Of a stretch of DNA of 64,000 nucleotides, positions 30,695-39,236 are shown piece after piece (within the stretch, counting starts at the first letter, position 1; each line of letters starts with the position of its first letter). Position numbers and translations under genes: made by a program. The stretch spans positions 96,001 through 160,000 of the forward strand of contig CAWCPV010000002.1 of assembly GCA_963797555.1 (NCBI GenBank), in the 5' to 3' direction. Origin of the DNA: an uncultured Gammaproteobacteria bacterium. Its GTDB lineage: Bacteria > Pseudomonadota > Gammaproteobacteria > CAWCPV01. Under the pieces are notes generated by a model. The model was not told where the DNA came from. It searched no databases and was given only the letters and a program-made list of their open reading frames with translations.

Positions 30695-30753
30695 CATTGA
30701 CCCCATTGACCCCATTGACCCCTTCTGGCCCCTTTAGCCCCTTTAGCCCTTCG
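30695..30753. repeat. Short tandem array (ATTGACCCC)x3, TTCTGGCCCC, (TTTAGCCC[C])x2
   Basis: Read directly from the sequence; core resembles the RAYT end CTGGCCCCTTT. Confidence 0.8.
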
Positions 30754-31077
30754 GCGTTCACCTGGTGGACTGCCACTCCCGCAGGAACTGCAGACCGCGC
30801 ATCTCGCGGATGACCTGATCCAGGGCAGTCTCCATGAGGGATTTGTGTGTATATCAGGGGCATCAACTGTTCCCAGGTGAGAACGCCGGTTGTTATCGAA
30901 GGGTCGACCGGGAACTGATCGCGCAGGCAGGCGAGGGCACGTTCGGCCACCTGGCCCGGCGTAACCGTTCACCCCCCTGGAATATTTTGACCCGGAGGGC
31001 TGGACAAAACGGTTCCAGCGTGAGACAGTTGGGTGCCCTTGGCAGGATGTTCCTCGACCTCACTGTCACACACAATC

Positions 31078-32646
31078 ATGGTGCTCAAGGAGCACGACCT
31101 TCGTCAGCTCAGCGAGGAGCGCATTCTGGAGCTGAGGCAGAAGGATCCCGATGCGCTGGCAGCGCTGAGCATCCGCCTGCTGCAGGATCTCAAGGAAGCG
31201 TGGGAGCGGCTCAATCAGAGTCCCTCCAATAGCTCTCGTCCGCCGAGCAGTCAAGACCCCTGGCTGCGTGCGCGGGAGGACGAAGAGGCCGACGCCGGTC
31301 CTGAGGACGAGGAGGCCAAGAGCCGTTCTGAGGAGGATGGCCTCCCCGGGGCTGGCGGCCAGAAGGGCGCAAAGGACACGAGTGGCAAGACCTCAGGGAC
31401 GCAGCGCCGAGCGGGCCGGCAGCCTGGCTCCCAGGGATTCGGGCGCGCCCAGAAGCTGACAGTCACCGATTGGGACCATCATCGGCCGGGAAGTTGTGCG
31501 CTGTGTGGTGGGGCGCTCAATCCTGAGCAGGCGAAGCCCTACACCGCCTTTGATAGGCTGGACTTGGTCTTTGGCGATGAGCAGGCGCCGGGGCTGCGCC
31601 TGACCTGCACGCGGCAGGTATACTACCAGAGCCGTTGCGACTGTGGTCATGAGACCCGGCAGGCGCCGCACCGCGCGCCCGAGCACTTGGGATGCTGGCG
31701 AGGGGTGGAGCTTGGCGAGTGGCGCCTGGTGGGGCCGGGATTGTGCGCCTTCATCGTCTGGCTGCGGTTTCGGATGCGCCTGTCCATCCGCCTGGTCCGG
31801 GAGTTCCTGCACGAGGTGTTTGGGCTGGCGCTCGGCATCGGCACCCTCCACCAATGCGTGATGGAGACCGCCCGTGCCTGCGAGCCGGTCGAGGATGAGC
31901 TGGTGACCCAGTTGCTGGAAGCGGCCCTCATGCATGCCGATGAGACACCGCACAAGCAATGGGGAGAGCCCTTGTGGTTATGGGTGTTCATCTCGGCCTC
32001 GACGGCGCTGTTCTTGGTCGGCTCTCGCGCCAAAGAGATGTTTCAGAACCTCATCGAGGATCTCTTCTGCGGCTATCTGATGAGCGATGGGTACCAGGTC
32101 TATCGGGACTATGCCAAGCGCCTGCGTTGCTGGGCGCATCTCATTCGCAAGGCCCGGGGCCTGAGGGATTGCCTCTCGCCCACCCTCCAGGGCTACGGCC
32201 AGGCGGTCTATGACCTGCTCGATGCGCTGATGCAGGCCGTCTATCACGCCCGCGAGGGACCGGGCGGCTCCCTGCGGCAAGCCCACCCGGGCGAGCTCAA
32301 CGAGCTCACGGCCCTGTGTGAACGCATGAGCTGCTGCCCTTATGACAAGGCCCAGGCGCTGGGCAAGGAGCTGCTCAACGACTGGGGGGCGATCTTCCGG
32401 GTGTTGGATGAGCCTCAGCTGCCGCTGACCAACAACGTGGCGGAGCGGGCGCTGCGTCACTGGGTGATTCTGCGTCGCATCAGCCAGGGGACCCGCAGCG
32501 AACAAGGCAGCCGGGCGCTGGCGCTGCTCGCCAGTGTGATCGAGACTTCTCGGCTGCGATTGAGCTCCCCGCTGTGCTATCTCAGAGATGTCCTCGCCCA
32601 CCGACGCCGCGGCTTTGAGGCACCGCCGCTTCCTGCGCCCGCTTGA
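31078..32646 (+). CDS. IS66-family transposase (TnpC-like)
   Basis: NSSRPPSS, GRQPGSQG, Cys pairs, HADET, MSDGY, CWAHLIR, TNNVAERALR. Confidence 0.92.
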   Translation: MVLKEHDLRQLSEERILELRQKDPDALAALSIRLLQDLKEAWERLNQSPSNSSRPPSSQDPWLRAREDEEADAGPEDEEAKSRSEEDGLPGAGGQKGAKDTSGKTSGTQRRAGRQPGSQGFGRAQKLTVTDWDHHRPGSCALCGGALNPEQAKPYTAFDRLDLVFGDEQAPGLRLTCTRQVYYQSRCDCGHETRQAPHRAPEHLGCWRGVELGEWRLVGPGLCAFIVWLRFRMRLSIRLVREFLHEVFGLALGIGTLHQCVMETARACEPVEDELVTQLLEAALMHADETPHKQWGEPLWLWVFISASTALFLVGSRAKEMFQNLIEDLFCGYLMSDGYQVYRDYAKRLRCWAHLIRKARGLRDCLSPTLQGYGQAVYDLLDALMQAVYHAREGPGGSLRQAHPGELNELTALCERMSCCPYDKAQALGKELLNDWGAIFRVLDEPQLPLTNNVAERALRHWVILRRISQGTRSEQGSRALALLASVIETSRLRLSSPLCYLRDVLAHRRRGFEAPPLPAPA

Positions 32647-32648
32647 GT

Positions 32649-33558
32649 TCAGCGCTCACCGCGCAGGCGCTCTCTGGCCTGCGGGTGCAGAGCGTAGAGG
32701 AAGACCCGCTTTATCGCTCTGCCATGGCGTTGGTGCGCACGGTCCATGCGCCCGCGTCCGCTGGTCTCGCCCACCTCGCACCAGTTGGCCGCCCGGTAGC
32801 AGGTCCCGGCAAAGCGGGCCGGGTCCACCAGGGTCTCCAGCAGCCAGGGACGCAGCCCATAGTGGCGCTCCCAATCCCCTACGATGCGCCGGCTGCCCAA
32901 GGCCAGCACGTGGCTCGCCAGATGAGGCACTTTCACCCAGGGCAGAATCAGGAAGCGCCCCTGATTGACGATGCGTGCGAGGTGCGCTTTGCGCGCTCTC
33001 TCGTCCCAGCCGAATCCACGCATCGCGGGCCTGCATGCGCCAGGCCGGGCTGGTGTAGGTGAGCCCGCCCAACACCTCCCCCTCCCGGCGCTGGGAGCAG
33101 ATGAGATAGACCAACTGGGCCCCAAAGGGTGTGGCATAGCCCAAGTAGTGATAGCGCGCGAGAAGCTCGCGCCACAATGCCCGTCCCTCGGCCTGGCGCA
33201 CTAACTGAAGCTCCACCGGGGCCACCTCCTGCAGCGCACCGGCAATCTCGCCGCGGCGTTCGCCCCGATCGGTCTGCGCAGTGCAGGTGCGCCGCCCCTT
33301 GGGCCTGCCCGTGCGCTTGGCGGGAAGCCCCAGATCCCCCCGAGCTTCCAACCGCTCCAGTAGATCCCGACACTCGCGGGACTTCAGGGCTCCGTTGTCC
33401 CGTCTCCACCCCAGCAGCTCACAGATGGTCTGCGCCAGCTCAAAACGACTCAGGCCCACGCACATCGACACCATTCGGACGATGGCGGAGATCTCCTCTT
33501 CGGTAAAGCTCCGGCCGCTCGCCGTGATCGCCTGCGGAATAGAGGGCTCTTGATCCAT
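32649..33558 (-). CDS. DUF4338 (DruA-like, Mom-type GNAT-related) protein, 1-bp frameshift near 33012
   Basis: RYHYLGY, ARDAWI/GWD, VNQGRFLILPWV, HLASHVL, ETLVDPARFAGTCYRAANW..GETSGRG. Confidence 0.85.
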
Positions 33559-34315
33559 GAGCCGGGAGTGTACGACAAGCCGAGCGGCTCTGCTGCGCTG
33601 GACGCGCTCTTAACGCATCGATCAACTGGTGGGAGGGTCTGAACGGTTACGGCCCGGCACGATGTAGAAAAGGCCCTTGGTCTCTGGTGTGTTACATTCT
33701 TGGAGAAAGCGATGGTAGAGCAACTCCTTGGGATTTTTCCATGTGGCGTCGGGGACTTGGCCGCCTTTGGCCTCGATAATCAGAAAGGCGGCAGCGCCCT
33801 CCGTCTCGAGGACGAAGTCCGGACGAAGGCCCCAAAACTTCTTCTGGAAGAGTACCTCATCCAGACCAAAATACGCTCCCTCGTCCTTGCGGAACGCTCG
33901 CTCGTACCTCAGGGGCAGTCGCTGACTTTTCGCAACGAGTTCGGTAAGCCGATGCGGCCTTTCAGTTGGTTCGGCAGTGGGCGTATAAACCGCCGACTGC
34001 AAGAACGGGCCGGCGTCGTCCTTGGTAGCCAGGTTGAGGGACGAGGACAAGGCCCATTCAGGAAAGAGATGCGTGAATGCGTTAACGTCAGCCGTGACTT
34101 CAGACATCGCTCTCTAGCTCCATCGTCGCTGTTCCGAGCACCAATTTTCCCCCTCGGAGCTCCCGGCGTGCCACGATGGGGAAGCATCGAAACTCCGGGG
34201 CAGGCTAAACTGTTGTCGTTCGTCCCCCTGTCAGTCTTGACCGGCATCCTTATTCTTCTGACCGCCCTCCCGGCCGTCCGACCCTATACGGGCTGAAGGA
34301 TTCCGCCGCGCCCGT

Positions 34316-34710
34316 CCAGAGTGGCTTGCCGACCGATCATCGGTCCCTTGTGCGCCGCCGAGGATGCGCAGCCCCATTGGGGGTCGTCGGCGAGCACCGT
34401 TTGAGCCCGGCGGCCCGCCGGGCGAGTTGCGCAGCCGCCCGATGGGGCGAGCACCGCAGGGAACCCGAAGGGCGGCGCACAGGGCGGCTTTCTCTTTGGT
34501 GACTTTCTCTTGGCCGCACAAGAGAAAGTCACCGGCCGCCGGGCCGCCCCCGGCAAGCCGAAGGTCCCGATGACATACGGGTCCCGCGCTCCGTCCGTAC
34601 GCCCCTCCGAACGATTCGAGTCCTGCGCCGGGCCACCCGAGGCCGGCGCGCATCGGTTGGCGCAGCGCCTGCCCAGCGCGGTAGGCGGCATTGCGGGGCT
34701 CGCTCCGAAG
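34316..34710. repeat. Structured intergenic element with a 15-bp perfect hairpin; probable dispersed repeat
   Basis: GGTGACTTTCTCTTG-GCCGCA-CAAGAGAAAGTCACC (34498-34533) among further GC-rich stems; no credible ORF; only one copy in the window. Confidence 0.55.
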
Positions 34711-34775
34711 CCCTCGCACACCCCGACGCACCGGGCACTCGGGATCAGCCCGCGCGGGCAACCCGCCGCATGGCG

Positions 34776-35318
34776 TCATTCGGCGGAACCGCTATCGGGT
34801 TCGGCCCTGCGGGATGACAGCTCTGCCGAAGTCAGCACCTTGACGAAGATGACCTTCCCGTCTCCAGGTGCATAGAAGTCGCTCAGGAGGGCTTCTTGGC
34901 CGTAGCCGCAGCGCTCGTAAAAGGCGCGCGTGGAGCGATACTGCTCCCGCGCCGAGGTCTCGACGTAAACCCGTCGGCCCTGCTGTTGCGCGATTAGGGC
35001 CTCGGTGCGCCGGAGCAACTCCCGACCGATGCCCTGCCCCCGAAGCTCGGCGTCCACCACGATCCAGTACAGGTCGAAGCTCGCAGCCGTGCCGGGGATC
35101 GGCCCGTAGCAGGTGAAACCGGCCACGGCCCCGGCGCACTCCGCCAGCAGGAAATAATAGCCGCTCGCCCGTCCCCGCTGCAGGCGCTCCTCCAAGAGCT
35201 CGATCGCCACCTCTTGCTCCTGCGGGTTGAAGAATCCCGATCCCGACACCAGCCGCCGGATAGCGCCCAAATCCTCGGGCCCCACATGCTCTCGATAGAC
35301 GAGGGGGGAGCACCTCAC
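34776..35318 (-). CDS. GNAT-family N-acetyltransferase
   Basis: FDLYWIVV, RGQGIGRELL (acetyl-CoA loop), VETS, TRAFYERCGY; GTGA overlap with the upstream gene. Confidence 0.9.
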   Translation of the reverse strand: MRCSPLVYREHVGPEDLGAIRRLVSGSGFFNPQEQEVAIELLEERLQRGRASGYYFLLAECAGAVAGFTCYGPIPGTAASFDLYWIVVDAELRGQGIGRELLRRTEALIAQQQGRRVYVETSAREQYRSTRAFYERCGYGQEALLSDFYAPGDGKVIFVKVLTSAELSSRRAEPDSGSAE

Positions 35319-37138
35319 GGAGCAGATCCCGACAGACCCGCCGCCTGTAGTGCCGCCGCCTCGGGGCGCCGGAGGTGTGGTTCCAATTCTCGACGCCGAG
35401 CACTCTGGGCACCGTGCCAAAGTCCTTGGAAAAACGAACGGGCGTTCACCCCCAGGGATCGGTTCTTGTAGCCTCCCTCCTGAACGACGAGGGTCGGCAG
35501 ACCGAGCCTCCCGATCATCCGCCCGTTGGCAGCAAAGTCTTTCGGTCCCAGTTCCCAGGATCCCGTCGGGTCCCCACGGGCGGTATCCAGGCCCAAGGCG
35601 ACCACCAGGAAGCGTGGGGTGAAGCGCAGGATGCGCTTCAGGACTGGTGCGAGCTCAGCGCGGTAGCGCTCGCCGTCGACGTGCTCCGGCAGGGGAACAT
35701 TCAGGTTGTAGCCCCGCCCCTTCCCCTCGCCGCGCTCGTCCGCAAAGCCGCTGAAGTAAGGGTATGCGAAATGCGGGTGGCCGTGGATGGAGACGGTCAG
35801 GACGTTGTCCCGCTCGTAAAAGATGTCCTGGGTACCGTTCCCGTGATGGTAGTCCACGTCCAGCACGGCCACCTTGCCATAGCGGCTGAGGTAGTTCGCC
35901 GCCACGGCGGTGGAGCCGAAATAGCAGAAGCCTCCGAAGGAGCGGCGTTCCGCATGGTGTCCGGGGGGTCTCACCAGCGCGTAGGCCAGCCCATAGCCTT
36001 CCAGCAGGGCATGGGTGCAGGTGAGCGCACAATCCACTGCCCCGATGGCCGCCAGATAGGCGTTGCGGTTCAGTGGCGTAAAGGTGTCGATGCAGTAATA
36101 GCCGGCGCGCAGCGGTAAGTCCTTGGGTGGGCGGGCTGCATTGCGCAGCGGAAAGACATAAGGATAGATCGAGCGGCCGGGCTGGACCACGGCGCAGGCG
36201 CGCCGCAGGTAGTCCACGAACTGCCCCTCGTGCACCGCGCGAATGTACCGGTCGGAAAAGTGCCGGGCAGGCAGCCGCCGAAACAGCCCGGTGCGCTCGA
36301 TCTCCTTCAGGATGGTCGAGATGCGCACCGGGGACTCGACGTAGCCGCGCTCCTTCACGTGGTGTATCGAATGCCCCTCGTTCACCACGAGCGCGATGGC
36401 CGCGGACCTCGGCACTGGGGCTCGCGCCTCGCCTGGCTTGGCCTTGACGTAGCGCGGAGGACGGAGGACGACCGGGTCGTCCTGGAAAGACTCCACCACC
36501 CGGTCCACATACTCCGGCGGGCAGAGACGAGCGTACTTCCCCTCCAGAATCGCACGCACGACACGCCGGGCTTCGTCCCTGGAAAGGCGCGTAACCTGCC
36601 CCAGATCGTCGTACACCAGGTACGGAGGACAATCGCCCCCCGGCCGAACTGGCGTCTCGTAAGCGGTGTGTGCAATCGGACGCGCTCCGTAGCGCTCGTA
36701 GAAACGAAGCCGCGCCGCGTTCTGCTCCAGCACGGCCCGGTCCCGGCAGAGCGCCGGGTCGTCCGGCAGGCATTCGAACACGAGCGCACGGGCACCCAGG
36801 ACGACCGCCTCCTCCCGCACGCGCTCGTAAAGGGCGCTCCCGACCCCGCCGCCTGTTCGTCCCGGCGCGGCGGAGACGAAATCGAGGAAACAGAAGTCGA
36901 GATCCGGAGCGTGCAGCAGGAGCGCGAAGCCCCGCACGCGGTCGTCCGCGTCCTCGGCCACGAACAGGATGGAGCGGAAGCGGTACTGAAAGGGATTGAA
37001 CAGTTTTTCCGGGAGTGCCGACACCTCGTCGGGGGAGAGCAGCGGGAACTGCCGACGCAGGATCTGCTGCACTTCTTCGACCGCCCGAGCGTTGGCAGGC
37101 GTGGAGGCATCGAACACGTGGCGGAGACGGAACATCAC
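35315..37138 (-). CDS. N-terminal GNAT-like domain fused to a Zn-dependent HDAC / acetylpolyamine amidohydrolase domain
   Basis: N-term GGGVGSALYE and RLRFYERYG; C-term RPPGHHA, GGFCYF, DVDYHHGNGTQ, LGLD, QEGGY. Confidence 0.88.
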   Translation of the reverse strand: MMFRLRHVFDASTPANARAVEEVQQILRRQFPLLSPDEVSALPEKLFNPFQYRFRSILFVAEDADDRVRGFALLLHAPDLDFCFLDFVSAAPGRTGGGVGSALYERVREEAVVLGARALVFECLPDDPALCRDRAVLEQNAARLRFYERYGARPIAHTAYETPVRPGGDCPPYLVYDDLGQVTRLSRDEARRVVRAILEGKYARLCPPEYVDRVVESFQDDPVVLRPPRYVKAKPGEARAPVPRSAAIALVVNEGHSIHHVKERGYVESPVRISTILKEIERTGLFRRLPARHFSDRYIRAVHEGQFVDYLRRACAVVQPGRSIYPYVFPLRNAARPPKDLPLRAGYYCIDTFTPLNRNAYLAAIGAVDCALTCTHALLEGYGLAYALVRPPGHHAERRSFGGFCYFGSTAVAANYLSRYGKVAVLDVDYHHGNGTQDIFYERDNVLTVSIHGHPHFAYPYFSGFADERGEGKGRGYNLNVPLPEHVDGERYRAELAPVLKRILRFTPRFLVVALGLDTARGDPTGSWELGPKDFAANGRMIGRLGLPTLVVQEGGYKNRSLGVNARSFFQGLWHGAQSARRRELEPHLRRPEAAALQAAGLSGSAP

Positions 37139-37153
37139 TGCTCTGCCGAGCGG

Positions 37154-38199
37154 TCACTGCGCAACCGCGACGCCACTTGAACCCACCGCGGGGCGAGGTA
37201 CGGAGCCGGCTTGACTCGGCCCCGCCAGCGCCCGCGTCGCCAACGTGGCCACCACCCGCTCCAAGGACCAGCCGGCCTCCGCCGCTGCGGCGACGAACCC
37301 GGCATCGGGTGCGAGACAGGGATTGGCGTTCACCTCCAGGACCCACGGCCTTGCGTCGACATCCACTCGAAAGTCGACCCGCGCATGCCCGTTCAGCCCG
37401 AACAGCCTCCAGCAGCGGCGGGCAAGCTCGGCGAGGCGGGCAGCGAGCGCGGGCTCGGCGCGCTCCACACCGAAGCTTCGCACCGTATGGCGGTATTCGA
37501 AGGAATCCACCTGCCACTTGGCCCGGTAGTCCACGATGCGGAGCTTGCCCGGCGGATAGTCCACGAAGCGGATCTCGGCGATGGGAAACAGCAGCGGGCC
37601 ACCATCGTCTTCGATCAGGGCGACGTTGAACTCCCGACCCTCTACGTAAGCCTCGGCGAACCATTCTCCGCCGAAAGCCGCGCCGTGATGTTCGAGGGCT
37701 GCGGCCAGACCCTCCGGGCAGCGCACGAAAGAGGCATCCGACAAACCGATGGACGCGTGCTCCCAGACCGACTTCACGATGGCCGGAACGCCCATGGCGG
37801 ACGTGTGGCCGGCGGCGCGCCCCTCGACCCAGGCCGGGGTCGGGATTCCGGCCCCCTGCATGAGACGTTTGGCGAGCAGCTTGTCCGAGGTCGAAGCCAT
37901 GGCGGTGAATCCCGCGCCGGTAAAACGCACGCCCAGAGCTTCGAGCAGAGCCGGCGCGAGGTGGATGAGCCGGCCCTGCCCGTTCACCGACTCTATCAAG
38001 TTGAAGACCAGCGCCGGGTGCAGGGCCAAGAGCCTGCTCCGGGCGGCGGCCAATCCAGCCCCAGAACGACCGGAACCGGCTCGTAGCCCAGGTTCGCCAG
38101 AGCCCCACAGACACCCTCCGCCTGCACGAGCACGTCCTGCTCGTCCGGGGGCGCCCCGGAGGGAACCTCTCCGTGGAGCACGACCACCTTGAGCCGCAC
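37154..38199 (-). CDS. Ddl-like ATP-grasp ligase 2 (1-bp frameshift near 38055)
   Basis: VFNLIES, FTGA, DKLLAK, IVKSVWEHASIG, YVEGREFNV, ARVDFR, LEVNANP. Confidence 0.85.
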
Positions 38200-38207
38200 A
38201 GCGCGGG

Positions 38208-39236
38208 CTAGACTCCGGCCGCGGAGCGTCGGCGCGGGACCCCGCCGCTGGTCTGAGCCGGCAAACCGAGCCTCTGGTGGGCGCTCGTCATGATCATGGC
38301 GATCAGCTCCTGAAACTGCAGACCAGCCAGCCGGGCCAGAATCACCAGGTCGGAGCGCCGTGGGTCCAGGCCAGCCAGAGGATTGACCTCGAGAAACTGG
38401 GGTCGGCCTTCCCGGTCGGCCCGCAGGTCCACCCGTCCCCCGTCACGGCACCCCAGGCAGCGCCAGGCGGCAAGGGCCACCCCTTCCGCCTGTCGGGCCG
38501 CATCGTCCTGCACCAACCGGTAGTTGACGCGCTCCTCGTAATGCTCCTTGTTGAGGAAGGTGTAGCCCTCGGGATCCGATTCCGGGCCCAGCAGGATCTC
38601 CATCGCTCCGACGGAGCGGGCACCCGCGCCGGTCCCCACCACGCCGACCGTGAATTCCCTGCCGGGGAGAAAGCGCTCGACCAAGACGGCCTGCCTGAAC
38701 TGGGCGAGCAGACGCCGGCACGCCGGCGCGAGCTGCCCCAAGTCCTCGATGCGCGAGCCCGCGCTCACGCCCTTCCCTGTCCCCTCCGCCACCGGTTTCA
38801 CGAACAGCGGGGGCGGCAGAGCGACCGCCCCGATGTCCTCGTCGGTCTCTACGACGTGAAAGTCGGGGGTGGGCACACCGCAGTCTCGCACCACCCGTTT
38901 GGCCATGCCCTTGTGCAGGGCGAGACACAGGACCAAGGGGTCGGAAAACGTGTACGGGATGTCGTACGCTTCCAGCAGCGCCGGAACCTGCGCCTCGCGC
39001 CCCATCCCGGCAAGCCCCTCGGCGACGTTGAAGACTAGCTCCCACCGCTCACCTGCCACCAGCCTCGCGGCGAGTTGACCGATGCCGCCGATGCGCTCGG
39101 GGATGTAACCCAGGGAAGCTAGCGCTTGCTCGATGCCTTCGATGGTCTCGGGGGCGTCGAACTCGGCTGTCTGCTCGGGCGTAAACCCCTGGGCCAGGTA
39201 TGCCTCTCGCAGATCGTAAGTGATCCCCACCCTCAC
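38208..39236 (-). CDS. Ddl-like ATP-grasp ligase 1
   Basis: VFNVAEG, PYTFSD, FVKPVAEGTGKG, FLPGREFTVG, GRVDLR, LEVNPLAGL; GTGA overlap with the KamA-type gene. Confidence 0.88.
   Translation of the reverse strand: MRVGITYDLREAYLAQGFTPEQTAEFDAPETIEGIEQALASLGYIPERIGGIGQLAARLVAGERWELVFNVAEGLAGMGREAQVPALLEAYDIPYTFSDPLVLCLALHKGMAKRVVRDCGVPTPDFHVVETDEDIGAVALPPPLFVKPVAEGTGKGVSAGSRIEDLGQLAPACRRLLAQFRQAVLVERFLPGREFTVGVVGTGAGARSVGAMEILLGPESDPEGYTFLNKEHYEERVNYRLVQDDAARQAEGVALAAWRCLGCRDGGRVDLRADREGRPQFLEVNPLAGLDPRRSDLVILARLAGLQFQELIAMIMTSAHQRLGLPAQTSGGVPRRRSAAGV

Larger units (their letters stand above)
30961..33650 (+). mobile_element. IS66-family element with a DUF4338 passenger gene
   Basis: TIR GTAACCGTTCA / TGAACGGTTAC; 8-bp target duplication GGCCCGGC (30953-30960, 33651-33658). 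Confidence 0.93.
30759..34107 (-). pseudogene. Hypothetical PD-(D/E)xK-like protein split by the IS66-family element
   Basis: RPDFVLE...LIIEAKG motif; IS removal gives ...FYIVPGQVAERALACL... in frame; further 1-bp shift near 30840. Confidence 0.6.

Noticed and set aside
29583-30950. 455-aa minus-strand ORF
   Set aside because: Chimera of the interrupted gene's tail, a tandem repeat and the antisense of the IS630 transposase
32649-33558. Druantia defence system
   Set aside because: Only a DUF4338 gene is present, inside IS ends; no DruE helicase or other dru genes
35655-38114. 819-aa minus-strand ORF and other long overlapping ORFs (55613-57049, 2893-3891, 19037-20077)
   Set aside because: Alternative-frame or antisense shadows of recognisable genes, typical of high-GC DNA, with no motifs
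37154-39236. Housekeeping ddl genes
   Set aside because: Not in a dcw cluster and lack the N-terminal GGxSxE motif
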